A DNA stretch of 63,884 nt, filler included, from Folioceros fuciformis (Eukaryota), in assembly GCA_049999805.1 (NCBI GenBank). It is 7 parts of 7 records of this genome, joined end to end, with 100 filler letters (N's around TTAATTAATTAA, not from the genome) between each part and the next. Parts side by side here need not be neighbours in the genome. Positions count along the whole stretch, not along the records: positions 1 to 25,153 come from JBNGIO010001057.1; positions 25,254 to 35,281 come from JBNGIO010001058.1; positions 35,382 to 46,912 come from JBNGIO010001060.1; 4 more parts are not named here. One strand, written 5' to 3'. The position numbers were made by a program, and so were the translations under genes. The notes beneath the pieces are model-generated. The model was not told the origin of the DNA. It did not search any database and saw only the letters and a list, made by a program, of their open reading frames with translations. Below, one piece after another: positions 23,143-36,314 of the stretch. Every line of letters begins with the position of its first letter. The stretch's first letter is position 1.

Positions 23143-23413
23143 TCAATCACAAAAGCGTGAGCTGTAATACTCTGCCCTTGACCATAGCGACATTCTCTCC
23201 TCCGCCTCCCTCCCTGCACGCACACATGCAAGCACAAGTATTCAGTTCCCGCGTAACTTGGAGCGCAAGCAGAGATTATAAGCAGGAGAAGGAGATCGAT
23301 CCACTTCTTGTGCGCTCCAGCTGCTTCTCGTAGTCTGCCACCGTGTTGGACAGCGCGCGCGTGAGGATGACAATGCACCAGCAAACGATGAGCGCTATCG
23401 TGAATTCCCTCAT
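23143..23413 (-). CDS. Putative 59-aa microprotein with N-terminal hydrophobic helix; exons 23305-23413 and 23143-23213
   Basis: MREFTIALIVCWCIVILTRALSNTVADYEKQLERTR|RREAEERMSLWSRAEYYSSRFCD*, joined by a 91-nt GT-AG intron of typical local size. No homology recognised. Confidence 0.4.
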
Positions 23414-24773
23414 TATGCCGGTCCCAGACTTCCCTTCCTCCAAGAATGCATGCACCGAGCACAAACCTTCCTCCTGCTCTCCCTTCTCCTCCTCCTCAGA
23501 CCTCCGTCACATTCTCCCTCTCCCGAGCCTTGAGACTACATACTGCTAATCGAACAGTTCATTCCGCCGGCCGCATTTTGTAGAGCCTGCACGCAGCTTC
23601 TGCCGAGCTCGTCCAAAGCAGCGGAAAGTGGGATTGTGGCAGGAACAGCGAGTGCGGGCCAGGCCACGGATACCGCGGCGTACCGAAGGTTGTAATATGA
23701 TCGTTGTATAGTGACTCAAGCCATCCCATCAGCGACAGTGCACGCAAGCCACCTGTTGCAAGGAAAGGTACCCTGGGGCAGAGACTGGACTGGAGCCCAC
23801 GCACTGACTGAGATGCACACAGGAAGACGACAACTTGCTGCTAGTGCTTTGCCTTCCGGAAATAAGCGGTGAAGCCTTTTACTCCATGAAAGAAAAGTGA
23901 AGGTCATCGAACTGCTGTAACAAACAGCCATGCATGAACACTGAAGGTATCTCCCCATCGTACGGTGTGTAGTTCGAAACAAGACTTGCACCTCAAAAAA
24001 CTTTCCCGCACTTCAAAAGGTGGTCTAGCACCTCACTCTGCTACAGACAGCCATGCTTGAACATCTCCCATCTCATCCGTGCAACGAACAGCCAATGCAT
24101 GCATCGATACGGACGCCATTGATCACCTGTCATCAAACTGTCACATAATGCGGTGTCTCGGCCTAGGTATGACATTGTGAAGAAGATGAAGAGGGAGTCA
24201 GTAAATACAAACAAGAAGGCATCGAGAAGGCAAAGAAGCAGTCCAGGAAGCGAGAAGTGTATCGCTTAGCCTACCATCTCGGAGTCTTGCACACACAGAC
24301 GGATTAGAGGAAATTTCAGCCACAAGTAAATGCAGGGATAATTTTTTATCACGATATTTACCACGATTACAGTTTACTTGGATAAAAGTTTCGAGCACAC
24401 GATTATTGGAGGCAAAGCCCGATTCAGGTAGCGGGCTCCGCGGACTTAAGTTATCGTCCGCGAGAGAGGTGGTCCAACGAGGTAGCCTGAATGCGGGCAG
24501 CTTGGCTGCTGATCGTTTCCGGGTGGTTAAGCAAATGTGTGATGCGAGAATGCGGTGTTTTGCAAAGCAGCTGTAATCACGATCTCTGACAGCGCTCATC
24601 AGAAGACGCTTTGGACAGTGGTGGGACAGGAGTGGGGTATCTGGCAAGGCAACAAGTGAGTCCCCACATCGGGAGGCAGACTATAGATCACGCCGCACAG
24701 CTGCGCTGTCTCGGCCCAGCTGACACCATCCTGTGAGCAACATGACAAGTGTGAGACGCTGAGCGAGGTGTAG

Positions 24774-25153
24774 ATGACGGAGGAGAAAATGGATGTTCTT
24801 CTAGCCGTTTTCAGGACTCGCCAGTTCCGCCTTGGGCTCCTAGGCGGTGCTGCGCTTCTGTTCGGCTGGACCTGGCGCAGAAAGGCCACCAAGGGTAAGG
24901 AAGGTGAGGAAGACAGCCGGAAAGGCAAGGGAGAGGGGAAGGAGGAGAAGAAGGGGGGGAGGAAAGCGAAGCAGACGAAGGAAAAGGAAAGGGAAACAAA
25001 AGAGGAGACGGTGGGGACTTCGGAGGATGGAGCGGGGAGTAAGGACGCAGAGAATGAGGAATTTATGTGCAAGGTTGCTGATGATGGATTGAGTGGACGA
25101 GCCGCTGATGTGCAGGAGGTTCCAACAGCCGGAGCTGAGGTGCATGCTGTAGC
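24774..25153 (+). CDS. 5' part of an unidentified gene (N-terminal membrane anchor, then K/E-rich region), cut by spacer
   Basis: ATG, then LGLLGGAALLFGWTWRRK and a charged low-complexity run that stays open up to the gap. Confidence 0.5.
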
Positions 25154-25253
25154 NNNNNNNNNNNNNNNNNNNNNNNNNNNNNNNNNNNNNNNNNNNNTTA
25201 ATTAATTAANNNNNNNNNNNNNNNNNNNNNNNNNNNNNNNNNNNNNNNNNNNN
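25154..25253. other. Artificial contig spacer N44-TTAATTAATTAA-N44
   Basis: Exactly 100 nt with a central linker giving stops in all six frames. Confidence 0.97.
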
Positions 25254-26760
25254 GAATGTATGCAATATGCAAGGCCATTATAACCAATTGTGGATTTGAA
25301 AAGCCAAGCTACAACTCTCATAAATGGGAATATAGGTGGTGGAGATTTTGTGGTGTTTAAAGCAAGGAAATGCTTCACTTCCACAAGCTTACAAAGCTAA
25401 GCCCACCACCCAAAGCCACATCTTGCTTAAACAAAACTTCGTGTAATAAGGCATCTAGAACTTCAAGCCTAGCATTGTCTTCATATTATACTTGGAATGA
25501 GATGTCAACTTGAATTTCGTGCATGCTCACTCTCTCAATGCCTCCGTTGGCTAACTTTGCATACAACTTTGTCTCGTTACTGAACCACTCGACGCATGGT
25601 GAGTCCCTTGCTATTGCTTCTTGTACGTAACTATGTGTTGAAGCTCCATCAATTGAGCAAGGCACTAGCCTATCACCCAAGATGCCCTCTATACTCATGG
25701 ATTGTTACTTCAAATGCTCAATAGTCGTTTCTTCCATCTGCTTTGAATTTTGCAAGCTCTTGATGGTAAGTGGTTGATTGAAGCTATTCTCGTCCCAAGC
25801 TCTTTCACTAAACCATCGTACTTGATACCGTTCTACCATTTACCATACATGGTGTTGTAAGAGCAAGCCTTTCTCGCGTGATCTAGCTTCGCACAAGTGA
25901 AGTAAAGGCCCTTGGTCATGAATTCCTTTTTCTCTTCCTTACTTCGTTGCTTGAACTCAATGGACTTCAATTCCTTTTATTGGCTGATCGGTGCAACTAG
26001 CCTTACAAGTTCACCTCCTACGCCTCTACATAGGGGCAACTTGATACCTTGCTCCTTGAGCATGGTACGGCTTCTACTAATGGTCCGTGGCCCCTACCAT
26101 TGTTAATTGCACTGTGGATGAGCTTAACTCATCTCGAGCCTTCATACCATAGTGTTCAATGTTCATGACAACCTGCATAGCTTCCTCTCTTATCTTGCAA
26201 TACTGTTGTTTGATCCCCAACTTATACTCAAGTAACTTATACCCTAGCCAATTTGGCTTCCTGCTCTAGGCTTGCTAATCTCAACACGGCATTCATGAAT
26301 AACAAGCGAAACTCCTCCAACAAGCCCATGTATTTCAAACCATATCAAGCTGAGGAATGTTGCTCTTAATGGTCTTTAGGCAAAAGGCCTTGCACCAGCT
26401 TTGCCTTCATCACCTCCTTGGACATAATAGGTACTTTATCCCCATGTTTGCTCGCCTCTTTTCAATTTTTCCACCAACCTCTAGCCAAATGACTCATGTA
26501 GTGTGCAACTAAATTGATATTTTTCATCTTTGACATGCTCATAACTTTAAAGTACACCTTGATTTACTTAATTTACTCGTGGTTTTCTTGGTCCATGGCT
26601 CTCATGACTCAAGGCTGGCCTTTGGAGTGCTTGAATGAGCATGTCTCTCAAGGCTTGCTTGCACTCAGCATTTTGTGCAGGCAGTTCTAACACCATCTTG
26701 TCAAATTGAGCCCTTTGCTCTTCTAATGTACAATGCAAAATTTCTTAGGTCTCGACTTCC
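25254..26760 (-). mobile_element. Degenerate Ty3/gypsy LTR-retrotransposon gag-protease relic
   Basis: Gag-like YFKVMSMSKMKNINLVAHYMSHLARGWWK near 26470-26560 and aspartyl-protease-like SIEGILGDRLVPCSIDGASTHSYV at 25486-25698. Many stops and CpG-poor composition. Confidence 0.65.
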
Positions 26761-26829
26761 ATACGAGATTGAATTCTACTACACTCTATTCTCCCCAAAG
26801 TGTTAGATTCAAAAGTCGTTGCTTGTGAT

Positions 26830-27300
26830 GATCTTTAGTAGTGTAGGGTTAATAAAGCCCAATTTGCTTAGACTAATGTGTTTAGTCTAAGATTAGTGTC
26901 TAGTTAAGTACCATTAATTTAGATTAGCTTAAGCTAATCTATAGGAAGCTTCTTGCGCAGCTTCCTGTGCGCTTCTTGTGAAGCTTTCTAGGGAGCTCTC
27001 CTAAAGGGTATAAATACCTCATTGAGCTCCCTTGCTATAGAGACATTGAGAGTGTGACCTCTCTTTCTCCTCTCCTCCTTGCCTCCTCCTCTCCTCCTTC
27101 ACCATGCAGCTCCTCTAGCGTTCCTTCAAGTAGGAATCTCCTCTATCACGAGTGTCGGCTCTCAAGCTGGTTTAGATTCTCTTTTTCCCCTATTTATAGC
27201 TCTAGACTTCCCTTTTCTTGCTCTCGACATCGTCGCAACATGTTCAAGCTCCATTAACGTTATCTTCTACTGCCACCGAGGTTTCTTGATGCCTTCAGTG
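26830..27300 (+). mobile_element. Possible LTR-like segment
   Basis: TATAAATA near 27009 followed by a CT-rich leader, a 20-bp palindrome AGATTAGCTTAAGCTAATCT at 26921-26940, and location among TE relics. No second LTR copy seen. Confidence 0.3.
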
Positions 27301-28988
27301 GTTGCTAGTCCTCCCCTTGTCCTAACTCCACCATCTTCAAATGCAGGACTCAGGTTTAAGTGTCCCATTGTAATTGTGGGCATAGTTCTTGTCCTCAATT
27401 GCCAAGAAATTTCACCAGCCCTTATGATCTTGCAATTGACCGTCTAATAGATACCCACTTCCAAGCATATGGCCAAGCCTCTTGGCACTCACGAGCTCCC
27501 TTGTTGTTGATCTTCCCAAAGTTCTTTCCCTCGCTTGCCCTCATGAATGGCAATTCCAGCTAAGCTCAAGTTAAAGGATTTTCAGTTCCTCTAACTTAAC
27601 CAATAGATTTAACAAGAAGAACCTTGTATCATATGAGGAGAAGCAACAGGTATCCATAACGCAACCAATGGCTAGTGCCGAGCATCTAGGCAACATTAAT
27701 GCAAGCTCCTAGTTGGTTGGCATCATTGCAAACACCTCATTGCTGGAGGATCTATCACTTAGTTATCCCATCAACGTGTACCCGAGGCTTCGAACATACC
27801 ACTTGGGCCATCAAGAAAGCTCCTCTTGTATCTAGTAGCACCAAACCGCGATATGTCCAACAAACATACTTCAAATGGGCAACTAAGGTTGTCAAGATAG
27901 CTCCTTTAGATACTAGGAGGGGCCGCAAGCAATGATATCCAATAAGATAGCAAAATGATAGTACACTGTAAGTTAAGACGTGGCAGGGCCTCTCCACCCC
28001 ATCATTCTACTATCACTGGAAACCCATCATCTACAACCGTTTATGGCACTTTCCTCTTGTTCCCGATACTAGCAGCACCTCGCCCAAGATTGCTATTGAC
28101 TTCCCTCCACCCGCGACAAGCCTCATGCTTGCTCATACGTCCAACTTCAGCTGTTTTGGCCTCTCAATTTCATGCTGCCTAGTTAATTTTGGGAGTGTGG
28201 AAAATGCTCTTTATTTTAGCATTTTGAACAAGGGGCCAAGGTCGTTATGAATCGTTTGCTTGCAACTCAAAATTCTAAATCGCGAAACTGCAATGTGAAA
28301 ATCCTTAAACCCACTCACTCTACAACAATCCTCCTCCTTGTTGGCTCTCTCGACTCTAGGCTCCACGGCTGAGGCCTCTCGAATTGTGTTGTCTAGTTGA
28401 TTATGATACACAAGTCCAGTGCAAGCCTCCTACTCATGTAATAATGTTTTTGCAATAAGTTTCACTATTATGGCAATTAAGTGGTTGGTATCGACGACTA
28501 GGTTCTATCTAGCACATTGATCTCGCAAAAAAATGTTATTTGCAATGTCATGTTCCTTATGGCTGCCCTCTTTCCCATTGGAAAGTAATAAGTATAGGTT
28601 GGCAATGTGGTCATCTTGAATCCTATCAAGAATTGCATCCACAAGTACACTATAATCAACCCTTTGGATTAGGCGATGGAGGGATGCAGGATAGACAAAG
28701 GTTCTCAAGTTTAAGTTCCGATACTTGTGGTGAAAACAAGATCAGCCCCAAAGGAAACCCTTAGCCCGTTATCATAAATACTGTAAATGTTTGAGATATT
28801 TTATAATAATTTACTATTAGAAATGATCTTACAAATGCTAAAAGGAAGTAGAACACTTGTAGGCCTTGATAGGAAGGAAACCTAAAGACTTTATAGAAAA
28901 AAAAAAAAGATGGGAAGTTTCATCCAACTCCTGACTAGAGAACGAGCAACCCGCAATGGGGAAAAGCCAAGAATGGGGCCTAACCCCT

Positions 28989-29260
28989 TCGTCCGTCTAG
29001 CATGTGACTCTCTATAGTCCCTAAGATGTCACACTCGAGTATGAGGTGTCGTCCGTCTCGAGTCACATTCGAGTATGAGGTATCGTCCGTCTAGCCTGTA
29101 ACTCCCTATTGCCCTTAAGATGTCACATTCGAGTATGAGGTATGGTCTGCCTAGCCTGTAACTCCCTATTCCCCCTAAGATGTCACATTCTAGTATGAGG
29201 TATCGTCCGTCTAGCCTATAACTCCCTATTACCCCTAAGATGTGTCACACTCGAGTATGA
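28989..29260. repeat. 60-bp minisatellite, about 4.5 copies, one internally deleted
   Basis: Unit approximately TCGTCCGTCTAGCCTGTAACTCCCTATTNCCCCTAAGATGTCACATTCGAGTATGAGGTA. Confidence 0.93.
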
Positions 29261-29716
29261 AGATATAGCCTATTTACCACCATGGCTGTTAAAGTTACAT
29301 TCTCTGAAAAATCGCCCTTTGCCAAGGCCTTTCCTAGAATACACTGTGAATGTTTAAGATATTTTATAATAATTTATTATAAATAATAGTATAATAGAAT
29401 TATAATAATTTATTATTAAAAATGATAAAATGAATGCTAAGAAGGAAGCAGAACCTCCTTGATAGGAAGCAGGCACAGGTTAAAGCGGGAAGCAGGACAC
29501 AAGTCGCTCACGTGACCGGACTCCTGTGTATGGCGCAGGCGCGTTTATCTGCTCACGAGATGTAGGAGACGAGGAAGTGGAGAGTTGCACGTTTCTTTTG
29601 GAGGACGGTGGGTCGTAATAATAATTGAATAAGTGACGGTACAAGTGAAATGTGGTTTACGGCAGTGACAAATTCCAATACCAGGGCCGGTCTGGATGTT
29701 TAAACAGGTTTAGGGT

Positions 29717-32700
29717 TTATGGGTTTATGGAAGCCAGGAGCTCAATGGCAAACATGTCTTGTGCCGAGGCAGAAATTCCGATCCCACTGACAGGAACCAG
29801 GGTGGCCTGAGAAACCGCTGACAGGTATTGGGTCGTGGCAGACGGGAAAGTGTGCAAGGATGTGCGGACATTGTCCAATAAGAGCTGTGATGTGGATGAA
29901 TAGATTCGGAGGACCTGCAAGCAGTGGAGGAGGAGGGGTCAGGGGAAAGGACATGTGCAGACTCTGGCCAGTCATGCATGATAGATGGGTGCCTTACCAG
30001 GACATGCTCCCAGGATAGCTGGGCACTGTGCAAAGTGGAGGACAGGGATGCCAGACATGAATGAAGCACAGGTTGGAGCGTCTGGAGCATCTCAGTATCT
30101 GTTTTGCGCCTCATCGATAGGATTGCGCGACAGAAGCTCCCAGGGGAGCACACGCTTTGCACAGCAGCGGAGGCGAAGTAACGGGGAGATGGGTCCTCTG
30201 GGTGGTGTTGGACTCGTGGCAGGATGTGCTCGTTCCACATTGAGGATCTTGATAAGCTGCTGATTGCTTCCACCCCGTTGTGGTCATGAGAGGTAGTGGT
30301 GACAGACCCGTCCACCAGGGTGAAATAGAGCAGGTAGCTACTGTACCCGCACACAGTTGGGGTATGATGGTCCGAAGATGGAGGAGGGAGGTATAGTAAA
30401 GGTTCCACCTCCACGCGGGCTCTACACATCAGGGAACATGCTGCAGGTGAGAGTCGGACGGGCAGATAAATGCATGCGAGAAATGGACAGGGTTCGGGAA
30501 AGGAGGCTTCACCCTTTCGGTAATGCAGGAACGACGACATACAGAACCAGTCTCCTGGAATCTGAGAGCTGAGAATCCGCCACACTTTCTTCACCAGATG
30601 CACTTGACGGAGCCAAGTATGATTCCAGCTTGGTTCTAATGACCCTTCTCTCAGATTTCCCTGCTACAGCTGCGCAGTACACAGTGAAGCTTGCAGCAGA
30701 TTCAACCAGGCTCACACCGAATGCGCCTGCCACAGCCTCGCAGTTCAAGAGGGACTGCCAGGCTTCAGTCCCGGCACCTCCAGCCACTATTGCCATGGTT
30801 GGGGGATCAAGTCCGAGCTGGCCTGCAACGTACACGAAGCTAGAATGGTGTGTTCCCTGCATCCATGAATGAACTTCTGCGTCAATGTCATGAATTGCTG
30901 AGAACTTCCGAGGGACATCAGTACGTGGCCAGGCAGAACACGCATTCTAACCTGGCTGTATGGGCCAATGCAGCTAGGTGCCCAGCACGAGATACTCTGC
31001 ACATGCAAGACTTGCTTCCACTCATTTTTGGATGCAATGACTTCCACCAGAGCCAGACCCATGTTGTTGGCAACAAGAGGAACTTCGACGGTACACCTCG
31101 ATGGCACACCTTTTTCACATTCCTTCTCTGTTATATGATGCATGTACACGTCGTTTGCTTGGGAAAAGTTCTGCATGCTGTCGAGGTATAGATGTACAAA
31201 GAGGACATTAGCCCATCCCATTTCCTGTTTCTTCAGCTCTTCCTCTATCGCCTTCAGAACCATCGCCAGTTCATCTGCCACACCTGTGAAAGCATCTCCA
31301 CCTTCATTCAGCATCTACACTTAACATGATTATTGGCCAATGACTGTGAAAATGGCGCAGACTATGAACAGCTCAAAATCAACTACACAGTTGGGTTTCA
31401 ATTGATCCTGAAGACCGGTAATTCATTCCACATGAGGGTGAAGATTCTAACCAGGGGATGGATTGCCTGGTTGTCTCCAACAGTTTATGGTGAACATTCC
31501 AGGACTCTGCTTCATGACCGAGACATACGACACCCCTTCGACATTATTTGCGTCATCCGCACTAGCCACGTTTGTGGCCCCATCTGCCTCTTCAACCTGC
31601 TCCTCTTCCACGTAGAGCCTGTTGATGTTGTCACCCACTTCCAGTACCCATGTCATGGACCCAGATTCGATACTTGCATAATCCTTAAGTTGCATGGATT
31701 TGCTTCCTTTTTGCTCCAGTCGATATTTCTTGGGATGAAGAATTCCGACTGACGCAATGTTGTCCGGTGAGTGGAGAACTATATCGTACTCTTCCAGAAC
31801 AATTCTTGCGTTCTGCAGCGAATTGAAACCTCAATGCTTGCTGCCATGTTCAAACGTCCAGCAAGACAAGTGCAGATTGTTTGCGTAGCATTTGATCCGT
31901 GCTTGGGGAGAGAATTATACCTTGAAAAGAGAACAGTCAAGGGTAAGACTCTCGTATTCGCCACCCTCACCGCACACATTGCAGCCATATTTTCTGCACG
32001 AAGAAAACTGATCCAGATTCGTCGGCAGAATCTAGGCTGGCTTGATTCCTAGTCAACTGATTGAAAAAAACAATGAAGCTGCAACAGACAGAACATACTT
32101 GCTGAGATCAGTGAGATGTGGCTGCATTTCTCTGAGGTCCTTGCCTAGATGTTTTTTAGGCTCCAAGCCCAGGGCAGCCACCTGGAAAACCAGCGAACAT
32201 GGATGAGCACCAGAAAGCCAGGCTCAGCGATCAGAATCAGCCGCGCCAGCAAGGCCAGAAATCCAACCTTCACTAGTATCGCGTGAATTCCACTCTCAAT
32301 CTTTACAGCAGTCGATCGCCAGTGCAGCAAAGCAGAAACGTTTAAGCACAGCCATTACACTGATAAACATATCTAGCTAGTTTGAAAAAGACAGAAATTT
32401 GCGACTACATATCCCACGATGCCTAGATATGACAAAATGCCCGTATTGGTGGTGGTGGTCATATGCAAGAAGAGAAGGACAAACAGAGTTGCAAACAAAA
32501 GACAAGGAGTCACCATTTGCTGAAGTAGCAAAGCTTGATCTTGTTTCCACAGAAATGCCAAGGAGACAAGTCCTAACCTTGAACAGACACTCTCCACCCT
32601 TAGCCTCTGGTAATCAGAAGCAATGGCACCAGATGAGACCCCAGTGATAGTGGGAAAGTGTGCCTTCACTGTGCGCAGAAGTATTTCCAAATCTTCAACT

Positions 32701-33315
32701 TCATCCCCTTCAGTCTCTTTGTATTTCAAATCTTTAACTCTGCAGCAGAAAGAATCAGTTGCCCGCGCTCCACAAAGCCCCCTTTTCCGCGAGCCGCAGT
32801 TCCACAAATCTTGTGGAGCAGAAGCAAAGCTTCGAGACAGATTGCACACCTTGCCTTCCCCTTGATACGCCTTCGAAACAAAGGTAAGCCCATGCACTGG
32901 GCATAGGCCACAACGATTTGATGACCCACCTACAATCACGGTAATAGACATCTGGTCCATCAATTCTACCGCAGACAGCTCTGTCTCGATATCTGTTTCC
33001 TCAATTCAACTTCTCAATTCACAGCTCACCGTTTGATACATGTAACTGTCCAGCTCGTCCACCGAATCATCCGAAGGTAACAGGTTTGCAAGAGCTACAA
33101 TCTGCCAGAACCACATGTGAACAGATGAGCTGGGCATCTCAAGTCGTTCCACGTACATACATAGAGCCCATGCATCTAGCATCAGAACAGCATTACAGCC
33201 CCCCCAAGCCGCCACAGTAGCTGCGATAGACCTGTACCTCGTGGCCGTATTTGATACACTGCTGCATTGCGAAGCAGCTGTCCTTGCCTCCGCTTACCAG
33301 AGCCACCACCTTCAT
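29717..33315 (-). CDS. DPH6: Diphthine--ammonia ligase with C-terminal RidA/YjgF-like domains, multi-exon
   Basis: MKVVALVSGGKDSC, DELDSYMYQT|VGHQ, GDEVEDL, SGAIASDYQRLRVESVCSRLGL, NVCGEGGEYETLTLDCSLF, PSRCTVE and LHVQSISCWAPSCIGPYSQ. Confidence 0.95.
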
Positions 33316-33591
33316 GTTGGCAATGTATTCTCCACCTTACTCGAGGTCCCTTTGAAGCTAGGCTTGTAGAATATTCGGGATGTTGCTCAAAATCTCCAGG
33401 TGCAATGAACGTATCGGGACTCTACCACCCAGATGCTAGACAACTGGAAGTAAACGCGATCTCCAAGAAAGGAAAGGATCGTTGTTCTTGATCTTGTTGA
33501 TAGCTTTTATGTTGTACAGCCTTTAGGGCATTGCTTAGAATTCCGACAGCCCGGGAGTGTTGGAAATTGATCACTCAAGCTGCTGTACTAG

Positions 33592-35281
33592 ATGGCGCTG
33601 CCGCTGCCTTATGGCTGCGGTGTACGCGAATCTGTCAGAGCTCAGGTCAGGTCCTTGCTCGAATTTGAGAACCAGAATCGCCTCTCCTCACTGGTTCATT
33701 TCTGATTTTTTACCAGCTTGCTGCAAACATTTCCGTCGTGGGTTTGTGCTCATAGGCCACGAATGATGCAGGTGGGCAGCGCTGTAGCTGGATGCTTAGG
33801 ATGTTTGGGGAAATTGGATGCCGGGCATCGCACTGTGATGGAGCAGGCAGCAAGACTGGGACCTTATACGTACACGTGCGCTGGAGTGCCTGAATTTCCA
33901 ATCTGGGAGAGGAGGTGAGATTTTTGATGTGCTACCAGGCTCCGTCCGCTTTCCAGAGGTGTTGCTTGGGATCGTTCATGAGTTGGATCAGGCAATTGCG
34001 CTTGCTTGGATTGTTCATGATCGTTGCAGCTCCAAGAATTGCCAGTCCTTCTTCCGGAAAGCCAGAGCACTAACCGGCTTGGAGCAAACAAGCGAGGCTA
34101 GCTCTAGCCTGCGGGAACGGCTTATGGTTGGGAACAACAAGGAAGAAAAGGAGAGTCAGCTACAGTACCTCGAGTACGCACAATGGGAGGAGAGCAAATT
34201 GGCGAAGGAAGAGATGGTGCACCCTCCCACATGCACTTTCTCGATTGACGTTTTTGGTAGAGGATTGTCAAGAGCCACTGCCCTCCCTGCCACAATTCTC
34301 TGGTTGCACACCTTTATTGCCTGCATCATGCATATGCACAGACGTAAACTTGGCTTCGTTTTACTCTGGTAGGTTCCGTCTTCTGTAGCGGGAGGCATTG
34401 TGGCTTTGGGGAAGTTTGATGCCTTACACATTGGACATCGAGCTCTGGCCCAGCGAGCAGCAAAGATGGGAACCCCGTATCTAGTTTCATTTTCCGGCAT
34501 CGCCGAGATTCTTGGATGGGAAAAGAGGTAGGTTTTTTTTTTCTCCGGTTGATGCGCTGCAATGCCTAGGATGCCTGTCAGGGTAAAAAAACTTGATGCT
34601 CTGTTTGAGTAGACAGCAGAGTGCCGTAGGGGGATGACAGCAACCATGTTTTAAAGCAAAAATTGTTGGTGTAGACTGCCAGTTGTGGCTCCCAGTGACC
34701 GAGTTCGAGTGATGTCTCTCTGGTCCACTTACTGTGGTGGTGCTTCAGTCCGGGAATTTCCTCTCGAATTTGGACTCGTTCGATCATTAAGCCCCCAGGC
34801 GTTTCTACAGAAGCTGGCTACTGAATTGAAGGTCAAAGGAGTGGTTGTTGGTGGGTATTTCTGCGCCATGCCTCTCAATTGATGGTCAACTCAGTCAATG
34901 GCATTGACCGGAATCAATTGTGTAGGTGCCGACTACAGGTTTGGATACAAGGCAGCAGGAAATTCATCAGATTTGATGCGAATTTGCAGTGAGCTGGGTC
35001 TCCAAGCATCTGTTGTCGATTCTGTCATGGATCAATCAGAAGGATCAGCATGCGAAATTAGCAACAAAAGCAGGGAAAAAGGGCAGGTTTCTTCAACAAG
35101 AGTTCGAAGGGCACTGGCGGATGGGAATATGAGATCTGCCACAGAACTGCTTGGCAGGATGCATCTTATTGTCTTGAACTTAGAAAAGTTGGTTGTTGTC
35201 AAGAATGATTTGCATTTACCTCTGGCCAGTGCTCAGAATCAGTACCCTGGGGTGGGGACGTATGCGTGCACTGTCATACAG
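33592..35281 (+). CDS. Organellar FAD synthetase (RibF-type adenylyltransferase), start approximate, 3' end cut by spacer
   Basis: [61 protein letters not shown] and [13 protein letters not shown]. Divergent from DPH6 across about 280 bp. Confidence 0.9.
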
Positions 35282-35381
35282 NNNNNNNNNNNNNNNNNNN
35301 NNNNNNNNNNNNNNNNNNNNNNNNNTTAATTAATTAANNNNNNNNNNNNNNNNNNNNNNNNNNNNNNNNNNNNNNNNNNNN
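35282..35381. other. Artificial contig spacer
   Basis: N44-TTAATTAATTAA-N44. Confidence 0.97.
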
Positions 35382-35788
35382 CTTCCTTTCTTCCCTCCTT
35401 GGTAGACAGTCTCTCCTCTTCCTCCTCCTCCTCATTTGTCTTGTCTTGTGTGGGTAAAGCAAATGGGGCCTTAGGGCTTCCATGAGGAGCCTTGCACGTC
35501 CCAGGCCATCCCGTCCCGTTCCTTGCGTTGCGGCGCGAACGATGGTGCGTGAGGTCAGGTCAGAAAATCTGGTGTGCGCCGTTCCTCTGTCAGGCCCACT
35601 GCCACGCCCTCCGCCCTGTCTGCGGATCACACATGCATGCTTCGGATCATCACACACAAAGAGAGAGAGAGAGGGACAGGGAGGGAGAGAGAGAGAGGAT
35701 TGTGAGTCAGTGAGACCGGAGGCTGATCGAACAAGCCGTGTGGACTGGTCATCACATCACACGCTTCTTCTTCACACTGCCAAGTCCC

Positions 35789-35836
35789 GGTCTGGGTCTG
35801 GGTCTGGGTCTGGGTCTGGGTCTGGGTCTGGGTCTG
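35789..35836. repeat. (GGTCTG)8 microsatellite
   Basis: Read directly from the sequence. Confidence 0.95.
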
Positions 35837-36250
35837 TCTTGGCCGGGCCCTCGGCGGCTTCTGTGCTCGCTTTCTCTGCTTCCTGTCCTGTCCTCGCCCT
35901 CCCATCCCTTAGCTTCCCTGCGCTTCCCTTCCCGTCCCTTCCCTGCAGCAGGCTACCCTCACCTTGGCAGGCAGGCAAGGCAGGAAGGCAGGAAGGCAGG
36001 AAGGCGGCACACGCTTTCAGGATTCCTGCACCTCTCGCCTGCCAGGGCACGCCATTCTATCCTCTCGAGACATCATCATCACCCACTCATCAAAGATACG
36101 CCACGCCACACCCCGCCCCACTCGCCAGCAACTCACATCCCAACCTCGACTCGCCTGCAAACTGAGTTCCTCCTCTCTTCTCCTCTACTCTCCATTTCCT
36201 CCCTCCTGTCTCCCACACCACCACTCACCACATCATATCTCATCTGCCCC

Positions 36251-36314
36251 ATACATACATACATACATACATACATACATACATACATACATACATACAT
36301 ACATACATACATAC
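36251..36314. repeat. (ATAC)16 microsatellite
   Basis: Read directly from the sequence. Confidence 0.95.

Noticed and set aside
27300-28760. Stop-riddled minus-strand reading frames
   Set aside because: Probably heavily deaminated TE sequence, but I could not recognise a family motif.
28989-29260. CRISPR-like periodic array
   Set aside because: The whole 60-bp unit repeats with no unique spacers, there are no cas genes and the context is eukaryotic.
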